Shown piece after piece: positions 28,425 to 37,230 of a stretch of 64,000 nt of DNA. Numbering within the stretch: position 1 is the first letter of the stretch; each line of letters opens with the position of its first letter. Location: positions 128,001 through 192,000 of the forward strand of contig JAJPHT010000015.1 of assembly GCA_021325135.1 (NCBI GenBank), in the 5' to 3' direction. The notes beneath the pieces were generated by a model. That model saw only the letters and a list, made by a program, of their open reading frames with translations, was not told the DNA's origin and did no database searches. The DNA comes from Pseudomonadota bacterium. Lineage in GTDB: Archaea; Thermoplasmatota; SW-10-69-26; JACQPN01; JAJPHT01. A program made the translations under genes and the position numbers.

Positions 28425-28907
28425 ATGAGCGCATCTTGCCTCCTGGCTCCGGTCCTGATCCTCCTCTGCGTGTCCTTCGTCCCCGCCGCGGTGGCCGCGG
28501 AGCGGTGCGTCTTGACGGTGTGCGTCGACGCGACCGGGACCTCCGTGTCGGTGACGAGCCCCGTTGCCTCCGAGTCCTGCGCGTTCATGACCTCGCCCGA
28601 CCAGCCCGGCTGGGCCGGCGCGACCGAGGGCTGCCAGGGGGCGGAGTCCTTCTGGGCCTGGGGCGCGTCGACGGGCTCCAACGACGGGAAGACGTGCGTC
28701 AAGGTCTACTTCGGCGAGCCGCCCGCCTTCCAGAAGTGCCCCTACGCGGGCCAGGGCCCCGACGGGGCGGGGTGCTTCGCGCTGGGCGAGTACGAGGACC
28801 ACACGCCGGGTGCTCCCACCTGGTTCTTCGGCGTCGAGTCGTGCCAAGGCCAGGTCAAGACGTGTGGCGGCCCCTGCACGACCCTGCTGGACTACGGGTC
28901 GGCGTGA
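28425..28907 (+). CDS. Secreted Cys-rich hypothetical protein
   Basis: Signal peptide and about 10 Cys in the mature region. Confidence 0.7.
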   Translation: MSASCLLAPVLILLCVSFVPAAVAAERCVLTVCVDATGTSVSVTSPVASESCAFMTSPDQPGWAGATEGCQGAESFWAWGASTGSNDGKTCVKVYFGEPPAFQKCPYAGQGPDGAGCFALGEYEDHTPGAPTWFFGVESCQGQVKTCGGPCTTLLDYGSA

Positions 28908-28960
28908 CGGGACCCCTTCCACTTTTATAGGTGGAGCGTCCCGGCGGGCCCCTATAGTGT

Positions 28961-29146
28961 ATGTCGGAGTCTGTGATGAAGGCCCCCGTCCTCGTCCCGT
29001 TCGTCTGCCCCGTCTGCGCGGCGCCCAACGCCGTCCAGCTGGTGGCCCTGTCCCGCGTCGGCGGGATGAACTGCGGCAAGTGCTCCCGATGGCTGCGCGT
29101 CCAGGACGTCATGCGCGCCATGCACGCGCCGCGCAAGGCCGCGTGA
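28961..29146 (+). CDS. Small zinc-finger protein (CPVC...CGKC)
   Basis: Two CxxC motifs; TTTTATA box upstream. Confidence 0.75.
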   Translation: MSESVMKAPVLVPFVCPVCAAPNAVQLVALSRVGGMNCGKCSRWLRVQDVMRAMHAPRKAA

Positions 29147-29149
29147 AGC

Positions 29150-29632
29150 TCAGCCGGTGATGCCGAGCCCCATCTGGCCCGTGTAGGCCGTGTAATCCAG
29201 GCGCACGAGCCACGCGCCGGCCTTGCCGGGCTTGGAGTTCTGGTTGCCGCCGCCCTGGCTCCCCGCGTCGAAGGTCTGCGTGAAGACGCTCTGCCCGCAC
29301 GCGTTCAGGAGCGTCAGCTTCAGCGAGCCCGTCGCGCTCTGCCCGCTCCACCCGATCATGGCGCTGCCGGAGTAGTCCTGCCACGCGTATTCGGCGGTGC
29401 CGCTGACGCCCGCCATCTGGCCCGAGTCGCCGAAGGCCCCGGGGTTGCTGCTCACGGAGTCCTGGTGGAAGCCCGTGAGGGTCGACGTCTTGGGCGCGAC
29501 GGGGACGCACGTCGCCGCGGGCGTCCCCGAGGGCGTGAAGGTGGGGTCGTTCGTGGGGTTCTGCGAGGGGGAGACGCACCCCGCCGCCAGCAGGGCGAGG
29601 GCCGCGAGGGCCCAGGTCTTGGAAGCCTCCAT
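29150..29632 (-). CDS. Lipoprotein, hypothetical
   Basis: Lipobox LAAGC and a small beta domain (GAWLVRL). Confidence 0.8.
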   Translation of the reverse strand: MEASKTWALAALALLAAGCVSPSQNPTNDPTFTPSGTPAATCVPVAPKTSTLTGFHQDSVSSNPGAFGDSGQMAGVSGTAEYAWQDYSGSAMIGWSGQSATGSLKLTLLNACGQSVFTQTFDAGSQGGGNQNSKPGKAGAWLVRLDYTAYTGQMGLGITG

Positions 29633-29748
29633 GGCTCCCTGAAGGCGTAATGGGGGAGATGAAGGTCGGCGTGGAGGCTTCCCCCGGTCGGGGCCCTCTT
29701 GCCTCTCTCGAAATGGGCTTAAGCGGCCTCTGCGAGAGCCAACCTTCC

Positions 29749-30408
29749 ATGCCGGCTGCCCCAGACGACTTCCAGGCGCTCTGGAGGGAGCGTCTCGCCT
29801 CCGGCTCGAAGCTCTCCGCCAAGGCCCTCGCCCAGGCGCTCAAGGAGGACACCTCCCGCCTCGCCAAGGTCGCCCCCCTCCTCCACGACACCCTCTCCAC
29901 GGTGCGCGTCTCCGCCATCCGCGCCTTCGAGGAGATCGCCGCCCTGAAGCCCCACGCCGTGGCGCCCTACGCGCAGCAGGTCGTGGAGGCCCTCGCGGCC
30001 CCCGAGCCCGACGCGCAGGCCAGCGCCCTGGGCGCCCTGGGCCACATCGCGCACCACGCCCGCGCCGAGGCCGCCCTCGCCCTCCCCCTCATCAGCGACC
30101 TGCTGGAGCGCGCCAAGCGCCCCGCCCTGCGCGAGGAGGCCGCGCGCTGCCTGGGGAAGATCGGCGCCGAGATGCCCGAGAGCGCGAGCGCGGCCGCGCA
30201 GCGCCTCGCCAAGGCCCTCGCCCACGCCAAGAGCCCCCGCGCCTCGCAGGAGGTCCGCGAGATCCTCGCCGCCCTGGAGGGCCTCCTCCCCCACCTTTCC
30301 CTGGACGCCCGCGCGTCGCTGGGCCCCGCCGTCGCGCCCATGCGCGCGCATCCCAACATCCAGGTGCGCGAGCGCGCGGGCCGCCTCGCCCGGGCGCTGA
30401 GCCCGTAG
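29749..30408 (+). CDS. HEAT-repeat protein
   Basis: Repeats VRVSAIRAF, LREEAARCLGKI and HPNIQVRERA. Confidence 0.75.
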   Translation: MPAAPDDFQALWRERLASGSKLSAKALAQALKEDTSRLAKVAPLLHDTLSTVRVSAIRAFEEIAALKPHAVAPYAQQVVEALAAPEPDAQASALGALGHIAHHARAEAALALPLISDLLERAKRPALREEAARCLGKIGAEMPESASAAAQRLAKALAHAKSPRASQEVREILAALEGLLPHLSLDARASLGPAVAPMRAHPNIQVRERAGRLARALSP

Positions 30409-30451
30409 CTTGATGCTCCTCGCAGGAGGTCCCGGCCGCGAGGCTGACCCC

Positions 30452-30694
30452 TTGCGAACCACCCCGCTCCTTCTCGCGCTGGCCCTCGTCGGCGCCACGC
30501 TCGCGATCCTCGTCCCCGGCGCCTCCGCCGACACCTGCGAGGCCTCCGTCGACCCGTACCTCCTCTGCGCGGACTACTACGCGGCGCAGTGCCAGGCGCA
30601 GTATCTCGCCCCCAAGCAGGTGGACGAGACGTCCTACGCCAAGTGCATGCGCGACGTGGCCCTCAACGCGGTCACGGGCGGCCCCCCGCAGTAG
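30452..30694 (+). CDS. Small secreted 4-Cys protein
   Basis: TTG start, signal peptide ending ASA-D, four Cys. Confidence 0.65.
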   Translation: MRTTPLLLALALVGATLAILVPGASADTCEASVDPYLLCADYYAAQCQAQYLAPKQVDETSYAKCMRDVALNAVTGGPPQ

Positions 30695-30703
30695 GGCGGC
30701 TGG

Positions 30704-31606
30704 ATGTCGTTCTCGGGCACGCGCGCGGCCTCGTGGTACTTCGGCGCGCAGGCCGCCGCGTTCGTCGGATGGTGGACGCTCCTGGCCTTCGCGCCCGCGA
30801 CGCGCGCGTCGTTCCACCCCTCCGGAACCCCGGAGGCGGACCTCCTGGCCTTCGCGCTGCCCGACGCCCTCGCGTGCGCGCTCTCAGCCGCGGCCGCGGT
30901 GGCCCTGGCGCGCCGCTCCCCCTGGGCGCTCCCCCTCGCCTGGTCCACCGCGGGCGCGATGGGCTACGCCACGGCCTACGTCCTGGCGTGGGCGGTCCTC
31001 CTGGACGGCGCGTGGCTCGCGGTCCTCCTCATGGTGCCCGCGGCGGTCTTCTCGGCCCTCTTTGCCCTGGACTCCAGCGAGGGCCGCCTCAGGGCGTTCC
31101 GCTCGGCGCGGGCCCGCACCCGCGCGGGGCACCTGGCGGCGACGTTCGGCTGGATCGTCGCGTTCTGGTCGTTCTTCCTGGGCCTGCTGCCCTGGGGCAT
31201 CGCCGTCGTGGAGCGCCGCCTGGGCGTCGCGCCCTACGCCTTCCCGGTCCTGCTGGCCGCCGCGACGTTCCTCGCTGCCAGCGCCCTGGGCCTCTGGAGC
31301 GGCATCACCATGGCCGCGCGGGGCGAAGGCACTCCCCTCCCCCTGGACGGGACGAACCGCCTCGTCGTGGCCGGGCCGTACCGGCACGTGCGCAACCCCA
31401 TGGTCCTGGCCGGCCTCGCCCAGGGCCTCGCCGTCGTCCTCGCGTGGGGCTCGTGGCTGGGCCTCGTCTACGTCGTCCTGGGCGGCCTCACGTGGCATCT
31501 CGTCGTGAGGCCCGCCGAGGAGCGAGACCTCGCGGAGCGCTTCGGGGCCGCCTACGAGGAGTACCGCCGCCGCGTGCCGCTCTGGGTGCCGCGCCCGCGG
31601 CGATAG
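30704..31606 (+). CDS. Isoprenylcysteine/phospholipid methyltransferase (ICMT/PEMT) family membrane protein
   Basis: GTPLP, LVVAGPYRHVRNPM and EERDLAERFGAAYEEY. Confidence 0.88.
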   Translation: MSFSGTRAASWYFGAQAAAFVGWWTLLAFAPATRASFHPSGTPEADLLAFALPDALACALSAAAAVALARRSPWALPLAWSTAGAMGYATAYVLAWAVLLDGAWLAVLLMVPAAVFSALFALDSSEGRLRAFRSARARTRAGHLAATFGWIVAFWSFFLGLLPWGIAVVERRLGVAPYAFPVLLAAATFLAASALGLWSGITMAARGEGTPLPLDGTNRLVVAGPYRHVRNPMVLAGLAQGLAVVLAWGSWLGLVYVVLGGLTWHLVVRPAEERDLAERFGAAYEEYRRRVPLWVPRPRR

Positions 31607-31613
31607 CGCGATC

Positions 31614-32189
31614 TCAATCCAGGCGGCGCGCGATCTCGCTTCGGAACGCCGTCTCCGCGGCGTCGGCCCACGACTCGTCGGCGCCCGCCCCTTCCACCTG
31701 AAGCCTCACCACGAGACGGTCCGTCGGTCCCGGCGCGGGGCGCTCGTGGGCCTGCGCGTGCACCTTGCCCACGCCCGGGAGCGCGCGCGTCGCCTGGCGC
31801 GTGGCCTTGGCGACCGCGCGCTGCAGGCCCTTCGTCGGGATGCCGTCCGCCACGGAGAAGCTCAGGACGCGCGAGACGTGCGAGCCCGGAGGCTCCGCGT
31901 GCATGCCCTGCGTCGCGTAGAGCGCGGGCGAGGGCTGCGGCTCGTTGGCCGGGTGGAACTCGAAGGTGCCCCCCTTGCCGAACACGACGCGCGCGGGCCG
32001 GAGGGCGGAGGTCGCGCTGACGCGCGCGGCGAAGGCGAAAGGCGCGCTGACGAGGAACGCCACGACGATGGGGACGACGACCCACGCGGGGATCGACGGG
32101 GCCCAGCCAAGGCCTGAGGCTGCCTCCGCGAGGAGCCACACGACGAATCCGACGGCCGACACGCGCAGGACGAGGATCTTCCAGTCCAC
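31614..32189 (-). CDS. Hypothetical membrane protein
   Basis: Two N-terminal TM helices followed by a soluble domain. Confidence 0.6.
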   Translation of the reverse strand: MDWKILVLRVSAVGFVVWLLAEAASGLGWAPSIPAWVVVPIVVAFLVSAPFAFAARVSATSALRPARVVFGKGGTFEFHPANEPQPSPALYATQGMHAEPPGSHVSRVLSFSVADGIPTKGLQRAVAKATRQATRALPGVGKVHAQAHERPAPGPTDRLVVRLQVEGAGADESWADAAETAFRSEIARRLD

Positions 32190-32293
32190 GACCTCGCCAG
32201 CGGCCTGCCCCGGCGTAAATCTGGGGAGGAACCCTCCGGACCCGGGGGTCTCCCGGCCCGCAAAGGTTCATATCGGGGCGCCGGTCTCGCGGA

Positions 32294-32352
32294 GTGCTCA
32301 CTCCATCCCCCGCGCGTCCTTCCGGGCGCCCGCAACCTTGGGGTGGGAGCAC
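32294..32352 (+). promoter_or_regulatory. Structured 5' leader of rpl11
   Basis: GTGCTC/GAGCAC and CCATCCC/GGGGTGG stems lie between the TTCATAT box and the start codon. Confidence 0.4.
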
Positions 32353-32363
32353 GAGTGATCAAC

Positions 32364-32840
32364 ATGGCAAACAAGGTCGAAGTCCTCGTCGACGGTGGCA
32401 AGGCCACCCCCGGCAACCCCCTCGGTCCCGCCCTCGGCCCCCTGGGCCTCAACGTCATGAACGTGGTCAAGGTCATCAACGAGAAGACCGCCGCGTTCCA
32501 GGGCATGAAGGTCCCCGTCGTCATCGACGTGGACGCGAAGACGAAGAACTTCACCGTCACCGTGGGCACGCCCCCCACCTCCGCGCTCATCTTCGCCGAG
32601 CTGAAGATCGAGAAGGGCAGCGGCACGCCCAAGACGGCGAAGGTCGGCAACCTCACCGTCGAGCAGGTCGTGAAGATCAGCCGCATGAAGCAGGACAGCC
32701 TCAACGGCGCGACCCTCAAGGCGCGCGTCTCCGAGGTCGCCGGCACGGCGAACTCCTGCGGCGTCACCATCGAGGGCATCGCGGCCCGCGACTTCCAGGC
32801 CGCCCTCAAGACCGGCCAGTACGACAGCCGCATCAAGTAG
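32364..32840 (+). CDS. rpl11: 50S ribosomal protein uL11
   Basis: GGKATPGNPLGPALGPLG and TVGTPPTSAL. Confidence 0.97.
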   Translation: MANKVEVLVDGGKATPGNPLGPALGPLGLNVMNVVKVINEKTAAFQGMKVPVVIDVDAKTKNFTVTVGTPPTSALIFAELKIEKGSGTPKTAKVGNLTVEQVVKISRMKQDSLNGATLKARVSEVAGTANSCGVTIEGIAARDFQAALKTGQYDSRIK

Positions 32841-32858
32841 GCCCGCGTCGGGGCGGGG

Positions 32859-33338
32859 TCACGGCAGCATGGTCACGTAGTCCGTGCAGTGGTCGTTGCG
32901 CGTGGTCCCGTCTGAGAGCTGGATCTCGGGGCGCTGGACGACGACGGAGTATTCGCACCACGAGGCGTCGCCGTTCTCGCGGTAGCGGCCCGTGAGGTTG
33001 GTCTGGTCGTCCACGCTGACCTTCGCCTGCGAGCAGCGCGCGGAGCCCGCGGGCGGGAAGCGGCACCACGAGGGCTGCCACGTGCCGGTTTCCGTCTCGC
33101 TGGTGTACGTCACGTTGTGCCGGCCCTCGGGCGTCGTGACGTTCACGTCGTAGCGGTCGAGCTTCTGCGATCCGGTGGAGCCGTAGCAGTCGCGCGTCGT
33201 CTGCTGGACGTCGACGCCGGGCGCGCTGGCCACCTGGCGGTGGCCGCTGTTCTGGCATATGTCGGGGTTGGCCGCGACGAAGGGGATCGCCACGGCGACC
33301 GCCAGGAGCAGCGCCCAGCCGCCCGTCCTCGCTCCCAT
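32859..33338 (-). CDS. Secreted Cys-containing hypothetical protein
   Basis: Signal peptide and six Cys. Confidence 0.6.
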   Translation of the reverse strand: MGARTGGWALLLAVAVAIPFVAANPDICQNSGHRQVASAPGVDVQQTTRDCYGSTGSQKLDRYDVNVTTPEGRHNVTYTSETETGTWQPSWCRFPPAGSARCSQAKVSVDDQTNLTGRYRENGDASWCEYSVVVQRPEIQLSDGTTRNDHCTDYVTMLP

Positions 33339-33574
33339 GGGAAGGGCAACGCGCAGGGAACGCACAAAGGCGTCGCGCGTCACCGCAGGAGGCGACAGGG
33401 AGGCCCCGGGCGGCCCATCGGGAGGCAACGGGTCGGGAGGTGGGAGGCTTAGCGGGCCGCCAGGGGTCGTGGGAATCCGGGAGCGGAGCGCCCCCGGCTG
33501 CGTTTCGAGCCTGGGGCCAGACCTTAAGTTTTGTGACAGCCGGGCTTTTTCTCTCGGGGCGCGGTGGGGTCTGC

Positions 33575-34297
33575 ATGGCGGAGCCGCGAGGCAAGGGCAA
33601 GCACGTCGTCGTGACCGGGGCGTCCAGCGGGATCGGCCGCGCGCTCGCCCGCGCGTGGGGCAGGGAAGGCGCCACCGTCTGGATGGGCGCGCGCTCCGCG
33701 AAGGCGCTGGACGAGGCCGCGCGGGAGGTGGAGCGCGCGGGCGGCCAGGGCCACGCGCTCCCCCTGGACGTGACCGACCGCGCCAGCGTCGCCCGCTTCG
33801 CGGCGGAGGTCGGCCGCGCGGCGCCCGGCGTCGACGTGCTGGTGAACAACGCGGGCGTGGGCCACTGGGGCCCCATGGCGGAGACCGACGTGGAGACGTG
33901 GGACCGCGTCCTCGCGACGGACCTCACGGGGCCGTTCCTCGTGACCAAGGCCCTGCTGCCGCTGATGCGCAAGCGCACGGGCGCGCGCCACCTGGTCAAC
34001 GTCGTGAGCGTCGCCGGGAAGCAGGCCCACGCGGGCGGCAGCACGTACAGCGCCAGCAAGTTCGGCCTCAAGGGGTGGACCGAGGCCGTCGCGCTGGAGC
34101 TGGCCGAGGAGGGCATCCGCGTCCTGGCGGTCTGCCCCGGCTACGTCAACACGGACCTGGTGGGCGGCGCGGCGGAGGCGGAGCGCATGATCCAGCCCGA
34201 CGACCTCGCGAGGCTCCTCGTGGACTGGACCTTCCTGCCCGCGAGCGTGCACGTGGACGAGATCACCGTGTGGCCCTGGGAGATGTACACGGAGTAG
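33575..34297 (+). CDS. SDR family oxidoreductase
   Basis: Motifs TGASSGIG, VNNAG and YSASK. Confidence 0.93.
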   Translation: MAEPRGKGKHVVVTGASSGIGRALARAWGREGATVWMGARSAKALDEAAREVERAGGQGHALPLDVTDRASVARFAAEVGRAAPGVDVLVNNAGVGHWGPMAETDVETWDRVLATDLTGPFLVTKALLPLMRKRTGARHLVNVVSVAGKQAHAGGSTYSASKFGLKGWTEAVALELAEEGIRVLAVCPGYVNTDLVGGAAEAERMIQPDDLARLLVDWTFLPASVHVDEITVWPWEMYTE

Positions 34298-34300
34298 CGC

Positions 34301-34633
34301 TCAGCGCATCCTCGCCCGCACCGTCTCCTCGATGATCTCCTCGGGGGGCGCGCCGATGAGCCGGTCCACGACCTCGCCCGCCGCGAAGACCAGCAGCATG
34401 GGCGCGCTCTTGGCGCCGAAGGCCGCGGCGACGTGGCTCGCCAGGGGCACGACGCCCGCGGGCGCGCCGGTGCGCGCGCAGACGAGGGCGAGGCGGTGGC
34501 GCACGCGCAGGGAGACCTCGTCGTCGGGCTCCAGGATGGCGAGGAGCGTCACGGGCGCGGACTCCAGGAAGTCGGGCGCGGTCGCGTCGTCCAGGTCGGC
34601 GACGCGCCCCGCGTCGCGCTCGGTGGGGCGCAT
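34301..34633 (-). CDS. Thioredoxin-like protein lacking CxxC
   Basis: VAAAFGAKSAPMLLVFAAGEVVDRLIGA resembles a thioredoxin C-terminal half. Confidence 0.7.
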   Translation of the reverse strand: MRPTERDAGRVADLDDATAPDFLESAPVTLLAILEPDDEVSLRVRHRLALVCARTGAPAGVVPLASHVAAAFGAKSAPMLLVFAAGEVVDRLIGAPPEEIIEETVRARMR

Positions 34634-34635
34634 GC

Positions 34636-35670
34636 TCAGGCCTTCCGCATCTGGGCGAGCACGTCGGGGCCGCCGCCGCTGCGCGAGGGCACGAGGCTGA
34701 CCTTGGTGCCCAGGCCTTCGCGCACGGCGCGGTCGTACACGACGCGCGCGACGGCGCAGTCCTGGATGGCGAGGCCGGTGCTGTCGAAGACGGTGATCTC
34801 GTCGTCGCGGCTGCGGCCGGGGATGGCGCCTTCGAGGACGGCGCCCAGCGTCCCGCGGATGTGCTCGCGGCGCAGGACGCCGCTCTCCAGGGGCACGTTG
34901 ACCTCGCCCGAGTGGGTGGCCTGCTCCCAGTCGTCCAGCACGACGACGGCGTCCCCCAGGATGTCGGGGTCCAGCTCCTGCTTGCCCGCGGCGTCGGCGC
35001 CCAGGGCGTTGACGTGCGCGCCGTGCTCGATCCAGTCGCGCATGACGATGGGCTTGTGGACGGGCGTGAGCGTGCAGACGACGTCGCAGCCCGCCGCGTC
35101 CGCCGGGCCGCCCACGCGCACCTCAAGGCCCGGCGCGGCCCTGGCGACGCGCTTGAGCAGCGTCTCCGCGTTCTCGGGGCGCGAGTCCGAGAGGACGACC
35201 TCCTTCAGGTCGCGCACGTGGCTGATGGCGGCGATCTGATAGCTCGCCTGCGTGCCGCACCCCACGATGCCCAGGCTGCGGGCGTCCTTGCGGGCCAGCG
35301 CGCGGGTGGCCACGGCGCTGGCGGCGCCGGTGCGGAACGCGGTGAGCACCGTCGCGTCCATGACGGAGAGGGGGAAGCCGGTGGCGGGGTCGCTGAGGAT
35401 CAGCGTGCCGATGACGGTGGGAAGGCCGTGCTTCGCGGGGTTGCCCGGGTGCGAGTTGACCCACTTCACGGAGACGCTGTTGGCCACCCGCGCCGGCATG
35501 GAGCGCACGTCGCCGCCGAAGTCGGGCAGGTCGACGTAGGACTTGGGGGGCATGACGGCCTCCTTGCGGTGGTAGCTCCGGAAGGCGCCCTCGACGGCCC
35601 GGATGGCCTCGTCGAGGTCGAGGCAGCGGGCCACCTCGTCCGCCGAGAGCAGCAGGGTGCTCGTCTCCAC
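34636..35670 (-). CDS. ala: Archaeal alanine dehydrogenase / ornithine cyclodeaminase (mu-crystallin) family
   Basis: GDVRSMPA, VKWVNSHPGNP, RTGAA, GADAAGKQELD and FDSTGLAIQD. Confidence 0.88.
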   Translation of the reverse strand: METSTLLLSADEVARCLDLDEAIRAVEGAFRSYHRKEAVMPPKSYVDLPDFGGDVRSMPARVANSVSVKWVNSHPGNPAKHGLPTVIGTLILSDPATGFPLSVMDATVLTAFRTGAASAVATRALARKDARSLGIVGCGTQASYQIAAISHVRDLKEVVLSDSRPENAETLLKRVARAAPGLEVRVGGPADAAGCDVVCTLTPVHKPIVMRDWIEHGAHVNALGADAAGKQELDPDILGDAVVVLDDWEQATHSGEVNVPLESGVLRREHIRGTLGAVLEGAIPGRSRDDEITVFDSTGLAIQDCAVARVVYDRAVREGLGTKVSLVPSRSGGGPDVLAQMRKA

Positions 35671-35721
35671 GGGCCGGCCAGGCGGGGGTCCCTCCTTATG
35701 CGTTTTGGGCCTCCGTGGCCG

Positions 35722-37188
35722 CTATCCCAGGGGCCCCAGGGGGGTCCCGTCCAGCAGCGAGGGCCCCTGGGCGAGCGTCGCGACGAGCCCTTCGTTGCGG
35801 TCGTCCGCGGCGCGGGGATCGCCCGCGCAGGCCTGCGTGCAGGCGTCGATGAAGGAGGCCCACGGGCGGCCGTGCAGATCCACGACGACGTCGATGAAGT
35901 CGCCCATGCCCAGGGCTCCGCCCCCGGTGGCGCAGCGCATGTGCCCGCACGCGCCGCGCGCGAGGGGGTCCGCGGGGTCGTTGGCGCTCGTCGTGAGCAC
36001 GCGCCCGTCGGGGCCCGCGACGCCCAGGTAGGCGTTCCACGTCGCGCCGTCCCAGTCCGCGGGGTCCTTCGGGTGGTCGTCGCCGTAGGGGGACGCGCTC
36101 TTCTCGAAGGGGCGATCGTGGTAGCCGCCGGGGATGGTGGTGCCCAGGTAGGCGACGACGAAGCGGTCCTCGCCGCCGGCCGCGATGGCGGGCAGGTCCG
36201 CGGCCGTGACCTCGGGGGGCGAGACGAGGCGCGGCTCCGTCCACGTCGCGCCCAGGTCGGAGGACGACGCGACGTAGGGCAGGCCGCCCGAGAGCCACAT
36301 CGCGTGCGCGTGGCCCGCGGAGTCGATGGCGATGGCGGCCTCGTGGTCGCCGTAGTTGCCCGTGTCGGCGAGCCGGTCTTTTGATATCACGCGCGTCGTC
36401 CACGTGAGCCCGTCGTCCTGCGAGACGGCCACCAGGGGGAGCCCCGTGCAGGTGTCCACGACGGGGAGCCACACGGTGCCGTCGGGCGACGCCTGGAGGC
36501 GCCCCGTGGAGCCCTGGCCGCAGTAGGCCTTGGCGGCGTCAGTCCCGGGCGTGACGCTGGGCTGCGCCGCGAGGGGGCGCGTGGGGCCGAAGGTGAGGCC
36601 GCCGTCCAGCGAGCGCGTGCACGCGGCGTCGGCGACCCGGTTCACGCAGACGTGGAGCACGTCGGCGTAGCCCACGGTGGGCAGCAGGCGCGGCTTCGCC
36701 GCTACCAGCGACTGGTGGTCGTTGAACCCGGTGGTGGCGCTGCACGCGGCGGGGTTCACGCTCCACGAGGCGCCCTCGTCGTCGGACCACGCGAGGGACA
36801 TGCACTGATAGCTCGTGAGGTCGGAGCTGAAGACGCGCCCCGTCTGCGGGTCCACCACGAGGTAGGGGTCGCCGGTGAAGGGCGGGTCCTTGAGGCCCGC
36901 GGCGAGGACGGGCCCCACGTCCTGCCACGTCTTGCCGTGGTCCCTGGAGCGCAGGATCGCCGGGGGCGGGTCGACGCGGACGCCGTCGCCGGGCGCGAAG
37001 CCCGTGACGAAGATCGTGCCGTCCTTCTCCACGCCCAGCGTCGCCTCCGAGCCGCCGAAGCCGGTGTGGAAGGAGGCGCCCACGAGCGCGGGCCCGCTCG
37101 GGGAGGCCGCTTCGTGGAGCGTCGCCGCGCCGGGCGAGGCGCAGCCCGCGGCCGCCGCGAGGAGGAGCAGGAGCGGGAGCGCGCGCAC
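35722..37188 (-). CDS. BNR/Asp-box (sialidase-like) lipoprotein
   Basis: Lipobox AAGC; Asp-boxes SRDHGKTW, SDDEGASW, SLDGGLTF, SQDDGLTW and SSDLGATW. Confidence 0.85.
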   Translation of the reverse strand: MRALPLLLLLAAAAGCASPGAATLHEAASPSGPALVGASFHTGFGGSEATLGVEKDGTIFVTGFAPGDGVRVDPPPAILRSRDHGKTWQDVGPVLAAGLKDPPFTGDPYLVVDPQTGRVFSSDLTSYQCMSLAWSDDEGASWSVNPAACSATTGFNDHQSLVAAKPRLLPTVGYADVLHVCVNRVADAACTRSLDGGLTFGPTRPLAAQPSVTPGTDAAKAYCGQGSTGRLQASPDGTVWLPVVDTCTGLPLVAVSQDDGLTWTTRVISKDRLADTGNYGDHEAAIAIDSAGHAHAMWLSGGLPYVASSSDLGATWTEPRLVSPPEVTAADLPAIAAGGEDRFVVAYLGTTIPGGYHDRPFEKSASPYGDDHPKDPADWDGATWNAYLGVAGPDGRVLTTSANDPADPLARGACGHMRCATGGGALGMGDFIDVVVDLHGRPWASFIDACTQACAGDPRAADDRNEGLVATLAQGPSLLDGTPLGPLG

Positions 37189-37230
37189 GAGGGGGGAACC
37201 CCTCCGGCGTACTCATGCGTTGCGGAGGGG

